Shown piece by piece: positions 16,254-24,392 of a stretch of 32,000 nt of DNA. Within the stretch, counting starts at the first letter, position 1; each line of letters starts with the position of its first letter. Position numbers and translations under genes: made by a program. This stretch comes from Polynucleobacter sp. (GTDB taxonomy: Bacteria > Pseudomonadota > Gammaproteobacteria > Burkholderiales > Burkholderiaceae). Under the pieces are notes generated by a model. The model searched no databases. It was not told the DNA's origin and saw only the letters and a program-made list of their open reading frames with translations. The stretch covers positions 93,361 through 125,360 of the forward strand of contig NZ_JAUXZY010000002.1 of NCBI RefSeq assembly GCF_030693775.1, written 5' to 3'.

Positions 16254-16276
16254 AAGTGTCGTGTTTCGAGACACTT
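16254..16276 (+). repeat. 23-nt direct repeat / putative att core (right copy)
   Basis: AAGTGTCGTGTTTCGAGACACTT begins 3 nt beyond the integrase start codon. It is 22/23 identical to 5369-5391. Confidence 0.65.
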
Positions 16277-16316
16277 GTAGCTTAACTTCAGATTTCAGGA
16301 AGGTCGATCGGAAAAT

Positions 16317-16334
16317 TTGTCGAGTAAACCGACA
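16317..16334. repeat. Hairpin repeat TTGTCG-N7-CGACA
   Basis: TTGTCGAGTAAACCGACA is 16/18 identical to 31677-31694. CGACCCAAAGCAGACC follows 31 nt later, the same spacing as at the 31677 copy. Confidence 0.55.
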
Positions 16335-16434
16335 TTTCATGTGTGGATATCTGGTAGGCAGACTCCGACCCAAAGCAGACCATCAATTCAATAATCTGAG
16401 TACGCTAACTCTCACCCAAAACTGAGCGACCTGC

Positions 16435-16665
16435 TTAACGTAAGGCTTTATTTAACTGATCCACAATCTCGGCCCAATCAGCATCTAAAAGCAACTCATC
16501 ACGAAGAAGCCTTGCTTGAGATGGTGTCCACAATGGTGCATCCGCTAATTCAATCGCTTCATCTAAAGGAGCATGCCGATCAATGAATGCCTTAATACTA
16601 TTACCATCAGAAGGTAGTCCTAATTGAAGGAATAACTCAGAGAATGGATGAAATGACTTTTCCAT
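16435..16665 (-). CDS. DUF2789-like small protein
   Basis: I chose the internal start (MEKSFHPFSELFLQLGLPSD...). It has AAGGAG upstream and lies 2 nt after the ATPase stop. The longer tracked ORF would overlap the ATPase gene. The pattern F..LF.QLGL....I..FI..H..L fits DUF2789 as I recall it. Confidence 0.7.
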   Translation of the reverse strand: MEKSFHPFSELFLQLGLPSDGNSIKAFIDRHAPLDEAIELADAPLWTPSQARLLRDELLLDADWAEIVDQLNKALR

Positions 16666-16667
16666 GA

Positions 16668-19016
16668 TTAATTTCTCCTTAAACGTAACGCATTTGTAAT
16701 GACCGAGGCTGAGCTCAAGCTCATGGCAAGTGCAGCAATTAATGGTGAGAGTAACCATCCAGTGAAAGGATATAAGAGACCAGCAGCAATAGGAATGCCC
16801 AGTGCGTTATAAAGAAACGCAAACACTAGGTTTTGCTTCATATTGCCTACCGTATCGTCTGAAAGCGACTTAGCAATCGCAATACCTCTGAGATCACCTT
16901 TAACTAAAGTAATTTGGGCGCTATTCATAGCAACGTCAGTACCGGTGCCCATAGCAATACCAACATTGGCTTTTGCTAAAGCTGGAGCATCATTGATGCC
17001 ATCACCTGCCATTGCAACAATCCGACCTTCATTTTGTAGTCGAGTTACCAATTCGAGCTTATCTGCTGGCTTAACCTCTCCATAGACCTCTTCAATCCCA
17101 AGGCGCTTGCCAACAGATTTAGCAGTTGTTAATCCATCTCCAGTTGCCATCACAATTCGCAATCCCGCCTCTCTTAAGGTTTGCAAAGCCTCTGGCGTAG
17201 TAGCCTTAATAGGATCAGAGACAGCTAAAAGTCCAGCAAGCTTTCCGTTGATAGCTAAATGCATCACGCTAGCGCCTTCAGAGCGGAGCTCCTCTGCTTG
17301 GGCTTTCAAAATATCAACAGAAACTCCCAGCTTATCCATCAATGCAGTATTACCCAACGCCAAATGAAACAAGCCAACGCTACCTTGAACTCCAATTCCT
17401 GAACTAGATTCAAAGTTTTCAGGTTTCTCCAGGGGCAAATTACCATCTCTTGCAGCACGAACAATCGCATCGGCAAGAGGATGCTCACTGCCCTGATCAA
17501 GACTTGCTGCAAGCTTTAAGACCTCATTACCATCAAAGCTGGGCGCAGGAATAACTCTATCAAAAATTGGCTTACCCTCTGTTAAGGTGCCTGTTTTATC
17601 AATAATGAGGGTGTTCACCTTACGAAGATTTTCAATGGCCGCAGCGTCGCGGAACAAAATTCCCTTTGTCGCCCCTTTACCAGTAGCAACCATAATCGAC
17701 ATTGGCGTGGCAAGACCTAGGGCACAAGGGCAAGCAATGATTAATACCGAAACCGCATTGATTAAACCAAAGACCCAACTTGGTTCGGGGCCAAAGATCC
17801 CCCAAATGAAAAAAGTCAGTAAAGCTATCGCTACAACCGTTACTACAAAATATCCCGCAACAATATCTGCCATTCGCTGCATTGGTGCTCTGGAGCGTTG
17901 GGCTTGAGCTACCATTTGCACAATTTGAGCCAGCATGGTTGATGAACCAACACGCTCGGCTTTAATAATCAATGCGCCATTGGTATTCATCGTTGCTCCA
18001 ATCACACGATCACCGATACGCTTAGTAACTGGCAATGGCTCCCCGGTAAGCATGGATTCATCAAGCGCACTAGAGCCTTCAACAATGACGCCATCAACAG
18101 GCACTTTTTCACCTGGGCGCACCCTCAATAAGTCTTCAATATGAACATTTGATAAAGGAATATCTTCCTCAGATCCATCGCCCTTAATTCTTCTAGCTGT
18201 TTTAGGAGCTAAGCCCAGCAAGGATTTAATTGCCGCAGAAGTTTGTGAACGTGCCTTTAGTTCCAACACCTGACCAAGCAGAGTCAATGAAATAATGACG
18301 GCGGCTGCCTCAAAATACACACCAATCCTGCCCATAGACATAAAGGAAGCAGGAAATACTTGTGGAGCTACCGTAGCAACAACGCTATACAAAAATGCAG
18401 CACCTGTTCCCAATCCAATCAAAGTCCACATATTTGGACTGCGATTGGCTATGGATTGCCAGCCACGATAAAAGAATGGCCATCCTGCCCATAAAACAAT
18501 TGGTAAGGATAGGAATAATTCAACCCAGGTTTGGGTTTGAGACTCAAGTAGATTAAGTTTATGGCCAAACATCGCAAGGACAGTCACCACTGTCGTCAAA
18601 GGCAGCGTCCACCAAAATCGTCTTTGAAAATCAACTAATTCTGGATTTTCTTCTTCCTCTAATTCAGGCAACAGAGGCTCTAAACTCATTCCACAAATTG
18701 GGCAATTACCTGGTTGATTCTGCCGAATTTGCGGATGCATGGGGCAGGTATAAATTGTGCCGGCCACCGAAGCAGGCGACTCTGAGTCCTTTAGTCCCCC
18801 ATCTAGATACTTGCTGGGCGCTCCAATAAATTTTTCTTTACAACCATTGCTGCAAAAGTAATACGCAATATTCTTAAGCGAGTAACTATGCTTAGACTGA
18901 GAAGTGACCGTCATCCCACAAACAGGATCCTTCAAGGAATTTTCATCTGAAGAATGTTCGTGATGGGAGTGATCGTGTCCATGCTCATGATGATTGTTCT
19001 CATTGTGCTTACTCAT
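16668..19016 (-). CDS. copA: Copper-translocating P1B-type ATPase
   Basis: 782 aa. His-rich N-terminus. TRASH/YHS-like DPVCGMTV...YYFCSNGC. A second metal site YTCPMHP...CPICGM. TM CPC motif [21 protein letters not shown] and GDGINDAP are present. Confidence 0.95.
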   Translation of the reverse strand: MSKHNENNHHEHGHDHSHHEHSSDENSLKDPVCGMTVTSQSKHSYSLKNIAYYFCSNGCKEKFIGAPSKYLDGGLKDSESPASVAGTIYTCPMHPQIRQNQPGNCPICGMSLEPLLPELEEEENPELVDFQRRFWWTLPLTTVVTVLAMFGHKLNLLESQTQTWVELFLSLPIVLWAGWPFFYRGWQSIANRSPNMWTLIGLGTGAAFLYSVVATVAPQVFPASFMSMGRIGVYFEAAAVIISLTLLGQVLELKARSQTSAAIKSLLGLAPKTARRIKGDGSEEDIPLSNVHIEDLLRVRPGEKVPVDGVIVEGSSALDESMLTGEPLPVTKRIGDRVIGATMNTNGALIIKAERVGSSTMLAQIVQMVAQAQRSRAPMQRMADIVAGYFVVTVVAIALLTFFIWGIFGPEPSWVFGLINAVSVLIIACPCALGLATPMSIMVATGKGATKGILFRDAAAIENLRKVNTLIIDKTGTLTEGKPIFDRVIPAPSFDGNEVLKLAASLDQGSEHPLADAIVRAARDGNLPLEKPENFESSSGIGVQGSVGLFHLALGNTALMDKLGVSVDILKAQAEELRSEGASVMHLAINGKLAGLLAVSDPIKATTPEALQTLREAGLRIVMATGDGLTTAKSVGKRLGIEEVYGEVKPADKLELVTRLQNEGRIVAMAGDGINDAPALAKANVGIAMGTGTDVAMNSAQITLVKGDLRGIAIAKSLSDDTVGNMKQNLVFAFLYNALGIPIAAGLLYPFTGWLLSPLIAALAMSLSSASVITNALRLRRN

Positions 19017-19033
19017 TGCAAATCCTTGTTTAC

Positions 19034-19543
19034 CTAATTCATTAAAACTGGCGTATCTGGGATTTCATTATCTGAAGATGATTTACCTGGGAATTGACTT
19101 TGCAATAGTTGACTCACCATTTCAATTCCAGACAAAATGCCAGCCTGATATTCATTGAGCGCAAATTTGGATTCGATCTCATGACAAATAACATCCCACG
19201 CACTGGCATCCGCATTTGAATGAATGCCTCTATCGGCAATTATCTCTACAGCATGATCGGCTAATAAAATATAAATGAGCACCCCATTATTGTGCTCGGT
19301 ATCCCAAACTCTGAGATTGGTAAAGACTTCAATTGCACGATCTCTAGGGCTTAAGTCTTTTAACAAGGCAAGCGTATCCAGGGCACCTTCCACGGCAAAA
19401 CAGATTTGACCCGAATGTTGAGCCTCACTATCTCGAATCGCATTTGTTATTGCGGCAAGATCTTCCTTGGAAAAGCATTTCTCTACCTTGCGACTATGAG
19501 ACCAGAGATGTTTTATTAATCGATTCATATTCATGCTTACCAT
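19034..19543 (-). CDS. TPM-domain protein (cytoplasmic type)
   Basis: 169 aa. GGGGAG SD. Overlaps the upstream TPM gene by 7 nt. The core [10 protein letters not shown]...[22 protein letters not shown] is TPM/TLP18.3-like. Confidence 0.75.
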   Translation of the reverse strand: MVSMNMNRLIKHLWSHSRKVEKCFSKEDLAAITNAIRDSEAQHSGQICFAVEGALDTLALLKDLSPRDRAIEVFTNLRVWDTEHNNGVLIYILLADHAVEIIADRGIHSNADASAWDVICHEIESKFALNEYQAGILSGIEMVSQLLQSQFPGKSSSDNEIPDTPVLMN

Positions 19544-20400
19544 CTCCCCGAGGAGCCACCGCCACCAAAGCCGCCACCGCCACCACTAAATCCACCACCT
19601 CCACCATGGCCTCCACTGCTATAGCCACCAAAGCCATGTCTACCCAACCCCATTCCGGATAGAGCAACGACCAATGCCACAACACCGGCAATTAAGGCCA
19701 TAGAAAACGCACCGAACATAAACCAGGCGATAAGAGCTACAAATCCTCCAGTAACTAGGGATCCAGGTAACCTGCCGAGCATCGATCGTAAGATTCCACC
19801 AAGCACTAAAGCCACAATAAAAATGATTGGTAAAAACGAACGAATATCCCCGGGGTCACGCATTTCTGTATTAGTTGGGTTTGGCGCTGGTAACGCCTCA
19901 CCATCAACCACGCTAATCACAGCGTTTAGGCCATCCGTAATGCCGCCATAAAAATCCTGCTGTTTGAAACGGGGCACAATGATTTGGTCGATGATTCGCT
20001 TGCTAGTTGCATCAGTTAATACACCTTCAAGGCCGTAACCCACCTCAATCCGAAGTGCTCTATCAGCCTTAGCAATAATCAGAATCGCACCATCATCGAC
20101 TTTTTTGCGCCCAATCTTCCATTGCTCCGCTACGCGAATTGCATATTGCTCAATTGACTCAGGAGCGGTAGATTGCAGCATCAAGACGACAATCTGACTA
20201 CCCTTTTGAGCCTCAAAGTTACTTAAGGTTTGATCTAGAGAGCTGACCTGAGCCGGTGTAAGAGTGCCCGTTTGATCAATTACTCGCCCCGATAAAGCCG
20301 GTACCGCCTGCTGCGCCACAGAAAACTGAGGCAAGCAAAGCAGCGCCAAAACCGATAGTAAAGCTAAGAGACGTTTGGGGAACTGGAAAAAACGGGTCAC
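19537..20400 (-). CDS. TPM-domain membrane protein (YgcG-like) with Gly-rich tail
   Basis: 287 aa with a GTG start. Signal peptide, TPM core (GSQIVVLML...DDGAILIIAKADRALRIEVGYGLEG), TM helices, and a C-terminal GGHGGGGGFSGGGGGFGGGG tail. Confidence 0.85.
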   Translation of the reverse strand: MTRFFQFPKRLLALLSVLALLCLPQFSVAQQAVPALSGRVIDQTGTLTPAQVSSLDQTLSNFEAQKGSQIVVLMLQSTAPESIEQYAIRVAEQWKIGRKKVDDGAILIIAKADRALRIEVGYGLEGVLTDATSKRIIDQIIVPRFKQQDFYGGITDGLNAVISVVDGEALPAPNPTNTEMRDPGDIRSFLPIIFIVALVLGGILRSMLGRLPGSLVTGGFVALIAWFMFGAFSMALIAGVVALVVALSGMGLGRHGFGGYSSGGHGGGGGFSGGGGGFGGGGSSGRW

Positions 20401-20414
20401 GGAAGATACTCCAA

Positions 20415-21017
20415 TTATTTCGCTGCTGGCGTATCAAATGAAACACTAGGAGGAGAAGCCAGCTCTTTCTCATTCTCAACAGTAAAGTTAGCCTTAGCCT
20501 TATAGCCAAACATCATTGCTGTTAAGTTAGATGGGAATGAGCGAATCGTGACGTTGTAATCCTGTACAGATTTAATGTAACGATTACGAGCAACTGTAAT
20601 GCGATTTTCAGTGCCCTCTAGTTGCGCTTGCAAATCTCTAAACCCTTGATTTGCTCGTAAGCTCGGGTAATTTTCTGAAACGACTAATAGTCTGGATAAA
20701 GCCGAAGTGAGCTGTCCTTGCGCTTGCTGGAATTTCTGAAAAGCTTCTGGGTTGTTTACCAAATCAGGAGTAGCTTGAATTGAGGTCGCTTTAGATCTAG
20801 CCTCTACAACCTTAGTTAGAGTATCTTGCTCAAACTTAGCTTCGCCTTTGACCGTGCTTACTAGATTAGGAATCAGGTCGGCTCTACGCTGATATTGATT
20901 CAATACCTCAGACCAGCTAGAAGTTACCTGCTCATCTTGGGACTGAATTTGGTTATACCCACAACCTGATAACAATACCGCTGCTATTGCCAACAGACCG
21001 ATAAGATATTTACGCAT
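20415..21017 (-). CDS. lemA: LemA family protein
   Basis: 200 aa. Lipoprotein-type signal (LLSGC). Conserved LemA pattern: VLNQYQRRADLIPNLV...E...F..AR..YN. Confidence 0.9.
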   Translation of the reverse strand: MRKYLIGLLAIAAVLLSGCGYNQIQSQDEQVTSSWSEVLNQYQRRADLIPNLVSTVKGEAKFEQDTLTKVVEARSKATSIQATPDLVNNPEAFQKFQQAQGQLTSALSRLLVVSENYPSLRANQGFRDLQAQLEGTENRITVARNRYIKSVQDYNVTIRSFPSNLTAMMFGYKAKANFTVENEKELASPPSVSFDTPAAK

Positions 21018-21104
21018 TTGTTACTCCTTTACTTAATTGAAGTTTGAGTCTTTAAGAACAGTCACCTTTTTAGATGTCTAAAAAATTGGGAATTAAAGAG
21101 AGTG

Positions 21105-21365
21105 TTAACCACAACAGCAACCACCAGATTTTTTCTGTGGCGCCTGAACGCCGCCATCAAGATCTAAAGAAGATGGATAACCACCCTCATTAAGCGCATA
21201 AATCAAATCATCACTCATCCAGCTCGTCCTATCTAAATGCACTTTGCCGTTTTGCAAGTCAACATGGATATTTGAAACGCCATCTAAAGATTCAAGCGCC
21301 TTGGTAACGTGTTTGACACAAGAGCCACAGGTCATGCCGGCCACATTTAAATGAATTTGACTCAT
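21105..21365 (-). CDS. Heavy-metal-associated (HMA) domain protein, CopZ-like with C-terminal Cys cluster
   Basis: 86 aa. GMTCGSCVKHV metal-binding loop. C-terminal GGCCCG. AAGGAG SD. Confidence 0.85.
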   Translation of the reverse strand: MSQIHLNVAGMTCGSCVKHVTKALESLDGVSNIHVDLQNGKVHLDRTSWMSDDLIYALNEGGYPSSLDLDGGVQAPQKKSGGCCCG

Positions 21366-21367
21366 AT

Positions 21368-21676
21368 TCAGTCTCCTTTTTTTAATTCGATGACATACAG
21401 CTTTCCACCTTCGCTTGATGCTACGAATTCCACTTGGTCTCCAGACTTAAGACCATTTAAAAGAGTTTTGTTTTTCACGTTAAAAATCATGGTCATTGGG
21501 GGCATATCTAAATTCTTGATTTCCTCGTGACGAATGGTGACTTTGCCTTGCTCCAAATCAACTTTGCGTACCTGACCAGCCGTATATGCACCAGTAGATT
21601 GGGCGCTTGCTACATGAGTCAAGATTACTCCTGATAGTAGAAAAATAACACTCAAATATTTTTTTAGATTGTTCAT
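21368..21676 (-). CDS. CusF-like periplasmic copper-binding protein
   Basis: I chose the start at MNNLKKYLSV (AGGAA SD, 10 nt after the upstream stop). Signal peptide present. IRHEEIKNLDMPPMTMIF is the CusF-type Met/His Cu(I) motif region. Confidence 0.8.
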   Translation of the reverse strand: MNNLKKYLSVIFLLSGVILTHVASAQSTGAYTAGQVRKVDLEQGKVTIRHEEIKNLDMPPMTMIFNVKNKTLLNGLKSGDQVEFVASSEGGKLYVIELKKGD

Positions 21677-21686
21677 TATTAAATTC

Positions 21687-22154
21687 CTATCGATAAGATT
21701 GATAAATTTGGGATTGACCATTTTTGGAGATCAATAAAACGTCATAAGGATCTTTTCTAGATCCATACTCAGGACCATCCATTCCTGGAGAGCCTATGGG
21801 CATCGCTGGTACAGCAATCCCCACAGCATTGGGCTTCTCGGCCAATAAACGCTTAATTTCCCTCGCCGGGACATGGCCTTCGATTGCATAACCATCAATG
21901 ACTGCGGTATGGCAAGACCCAAACTGAATGGGCATGCCCATCTTCTTTCTAATCTGGTCATTACCATCGCTGATCACTTTAGTAGCAAAGCCATTTTTCT
22001 CCACATACGAAATCCAATCCTTGCAACAGCCACAAGTTGGACTCTTCCATACTGTGATCAATGGTTTTTCACTGACAGCACTGGATGCAAACGGCACTAG
22101 CACCAATCCCATTGCTATAGCCCTTCTTGTTAAATTAATGTTGATGGGAGCCAT
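21687..22154 (-). CDS. DUF411 (CopG-like) metal-binding protein
   Basis: 155 aa. Twin-Arg-like signal (TRRAIAMG). CGCC motif (SPTCGCCKDW). CHTAVIDGYAIEGHVP is typical of DUF411. Confidence 0.85.
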   Translation of the reverse strand: MAPININLTRRAIAMGLVLVPFASSAVSEKPLITVWKSPTCGCCKDWISYVEKNGFATKVISDGNDQIRKKMGMPIQFGSCHTAVIDGYAIEGHVPAREIKRLLAEKPNAVGIAVPAMPIGSPGMDGPEYGSRKDPYDVLLISKNGQSQIYQSYR

Positions 22155-22950
22155 GGCCGTCCCCTTTCTGTGCTGGTGAAACAGATTTAGGTCCAGCTAC
22201 CGAAATTGATCCCTTCATTCCCGCATCGTAATGGCCTGGTTGTAGGCATGCAAATTGCACTTTTCCAGATTTCGTAAATTGCCAAATAATTTCACCTGTT
22301 TGACCAGCGCCTAAGGTAACCATGTTTGGCTCGGCATGCTCCATTTCTGGAAACTTCATCATCTGCTTATAGTGCTCTTGTAGCTCTTGATCTGTACCAA
22401 GCACCATTTCATGTTTTGTTTTACCCAGATTCTTGACTACAAAGTGGATAGTTTCGCCTTGCTTGACTTGAATACTGCTAGGATTAAATCTCATGTTGTC
22501 TGTCATGCGAACTCTAATTGTTCGATTTACTTTGGCTGCAATACCCGGCTGTCCAACACTAGAATTTTCGCTGGCATGATCATGACCACCACTAGCGCCA
22601 TGGTCATGAGACATTGCGCCCATGCCACCCATAGCCCCCATGCCTGCGCCTGATCCCTGCATCTTGTCATGCATCGCCTTACATTGACTAGCACTCATCT
22701 CAGGATGCATTTGTTGGCACATTGCCACCCTTTGTTCAGGAGTCATTTTTGCCATATTCTCGTGCATCGCCTTACATTGATCAGGACTCATTTCAGGATG
22801 CATTTTTTGACACATCGCTGCCATTGGATCTTGGTTCATGGCCCCTTGATTCATCATCCCCATACCGCCAGGTTGTGTTGCACCTTGCGCAAACACCAAA
22901 CTAGATGCTGCCATCGCAATTGCTGCCAATGTAAATTGAATATTTTTCAT
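22135..22950 (-). CDS. Cupredoxin (plastocyanin-like, CopI-like) protein with Met/His/Cys-rich N-terminal region
   Basis: 271 aa. Signal peptide. Duplicated MCQxMHPEMSxxQCKAMHxxM module. The C-terminal cupredoxin carries type-1 Cu ligands (H in KHEMV, then FACLQPGHYDAGM). Confidence 0.85.
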   Translation of the reverse strand: MKNIQFTLAAIAMAASSLVFAQGATQPGGMGMMNQGAMNQDPMAAMCQKMHPEMSPDQCKAMHENMAKMTPEQRVAMCQQMHPEMSASQCKAMHDKMQGSGAGMGAMGGMGAMSHDHGASGGHDHASENSSVGQPGIAAKVNRTIRVRMTDNMRFNPSSIQVKQGETIHFVVKNLGKTKHEMVLGTDQELQEHYKQMMKFPEMEHAEPNMVTLGAGQTGEIIWQFTKSGKVQFACLQPGHYDAGMKGSISVAGPKSVSPAQKGDGHGSHQH

Positions 22951-22967
22951 TTTGTTTTCCTTAATTA

Positions 22968-24380
22968 TTAATGTCCAGAATGCCCATTGGGCTTTCTTAC
23001 TTGCACTTCGATTTCTTTTGTAGAGCTTGGTCTTGTTGATTGCATAGGTTTTGCAGTATTTAGTTGCGTTGGAGCTGCAGGTAATGCGCCTTTGTAAGCC
23101 TCTGCCACCGTACCAGCCGGATGCTTATACCAACCCGGATCTGCATAATCGCCAGGCTTTTGATCCTTACGTACTTTTAATACGCTAAACATACCGCCCA
23201 TCTCTACCGACCCAAAAGGACCCATACCCGTCATCATGCGAGCCGTGTTATCGGGAATAGGCATTTCCATTTCAGACATATCACCCATACCCCTTTCACC
23301 CATCACCATATAGTCAGGTATCAGACTGTTGATCTTCTTGCCAACCCCCCGATGATCAACGCCAATCATGGTGGGGAGGTTATGCCCCATTGCATTCATG
23401 GTGTGGTGGCTCTTATGGCAATGGATCGCCCAGTCACCCTCTTCATCTGCAAGAAATTCAATTTGCCGCATCTGCCCAACAGCCACGTCAGTGGTTACCT
23501 CAGGCCAACGAGCAGTTTTTGGAACAGGGCCTCCATCAGTGCCTGTGACCGAAAACTCATGCCCATGAAGATGAATTGGATGATTGGTCATTGTTAAGTT
23601 TCCTACTCTGATTCGGACCTTGTCATTTAGGGCGACATTCAAAGAATCTATGCCAGGAAAAACGCGGCTATTCCAGCTCCATATATTGAAGTCAACCATC
23701 GTGGCTACTTTTGGTGTGTAACTACCAGGATCAATGTCATATGAGCTCAATAAAAAACAAAAGTCCCTATTAACATCATCAATAAGTGGATTTTGATCTT
23801 TAGGATGCGTAATCCACATACCCATCATTCCCATTGCCATCTGTGTCATTTCATCGGCATGGGGATGGTACATAAATGTTCCCGGGCGGCGAGCAACAAA
23901 CTCATACATGAAGGTTTTTCCGGGTGGAATACCTTTTTGAGTTAAGCCTGTTACACCATCCATACCATTTGGTAATCTTTGGCCATGCCAATGTACTGAA
24001 GTCTGCTCTGGTAACCGATTGGTAACAAATATCCGGACTCGGTCGCCTTCCACCACTTCGATTGTTGGCCCAGGGCTTTGACCGTTGTAACCCCATAAAT
24101 GCGCCTTAAATCCAGAAGTCATTTCTCGCACTACTGGCTCAGCGACTAAATGAAACTCTTTAACGCCTTCATTCATTCTCCAGGGCAATGTCCAGCCATT
24201 TAAGGTAACAACTGGGTTGTATGGGCGACCTGTACTAGGGGTCAATGGTGGCATCGTATTAGCGTTTACCTGCGTCACTATTTCTGGGGCGCCAGATAAG
24301 GCATAGCGGCCAACTGCTGCAACCGCAACAGCACCACCAGCAATACCGGCGTATTTAAAAAAATCTCTTCTTGAACTCAT
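22968..24380 (-). CDS. Multicopper oxidase (CopA/PcoA-type)
   Basis: 470 aa. Tat signal SRRDFFKYAG. Copper-site motifs HWHG, HPHAD, HPIHLHGH and HCHKSHHTMNAM. Met-rich loop. Confidence 0.93.
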   Translation of the reverse strand: MSSRRDFFKYAGIAGGAVAVAAVGRYALSGAPEIVTQVNANTMPPLTPSTGRPYNPVVTLNGWTLPWRMNEGVKEFHLVAEPVVREMTSGFKAHLWGYNGQSPGPTIEVVEGDRVRIFVTNRLPEQTSVHWHGQRLPNGMDGVTGLTQKGIPPGKTFMYEFVARRPGTFMYHPHADEMTQMAMGMMGMWITHPKDQNPLIDDVNRDFCFLLSSYDIDPGSYTPKVATMVDFNIWSWNSRVFPGIDSLNVALNDKVRIRVGNLTMTNHPIHLHGHEFSVTGTDGGPVPKTARWPEVTTDVAVGQMRQIEFLADEEGDWAIHCHKSHHTMNAMGHNLPTMIGVDHRGVGKKINSLIPDYMVMGERGMGDMSEMEMPIPDNTARMMTGMGPFGSVEMGGMFSVLKVRKDQKPGDYADPGWYKHPAGTVAEAYKGALPAAPTQLNTAKPMQSTRPSSTKEIEVQVRKPNGHSGH

Positions 24381-24392
24381 TATTTTTCCTTA

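Larger units (their letters stand above)
5369..16276. mobile_element. Putative ~10.9-kb integrative element (integrase plus accessory cargo) bounded by 23-nt direct repeats
   Basis: Direct repeats lie at both ends. A tyrosine integrase gene abuts the right repeat. The content is entirely accessory-type: unknown cassettes, a TA-like pair and a second small recombinase. I recognised no conjugation or capsid genes. Confidence 0.55.

Noticed and set aside
16254-16276. Tn402/Tn5053-type terminal inverted repeat (TGTCGT...GAC similarity), or Tn7-like end
   Set aside because: The resemblance to the TGTCGTTTTCAGAAGAC IR is loose and recalled from memory. No tni/tns transposition genes are present anywhere in the window. 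The two best copies are direct rather than inverted, and one abuts a tyrosine integrase. An att-type site is the better explanation.
16666-16758. Long N-terminal extension of the DUF2789 ORF (start at 16758)
   Set aside because: It overlaps the ATPase C-terminus. The internal ATG at 16665 has AAGGAG upstream and gives the typical ~76-aa DUF2789 length.
16843-18144. Four plus-strand ORFs (16843-17085, 17107-17367, 17587-17907, 17935-18144) inside the Cu-ATPase gene
   Set aside because: They are antisense shadows of a strongly supported 782-aa P-type ATPase. Their Ala/Ser/Pro/Ile-rich composition is typical of reverse-frame translation, and none has an SD.
19444-19691. ORFs 19444-19662(+) and 19494-19691(-) over the Gly-rich tail of the TPM protein
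   Set aside because: They are low-complexity artefacts. The GGN/CCN repeat encoding the poly-Gly tail stays open in several frames.
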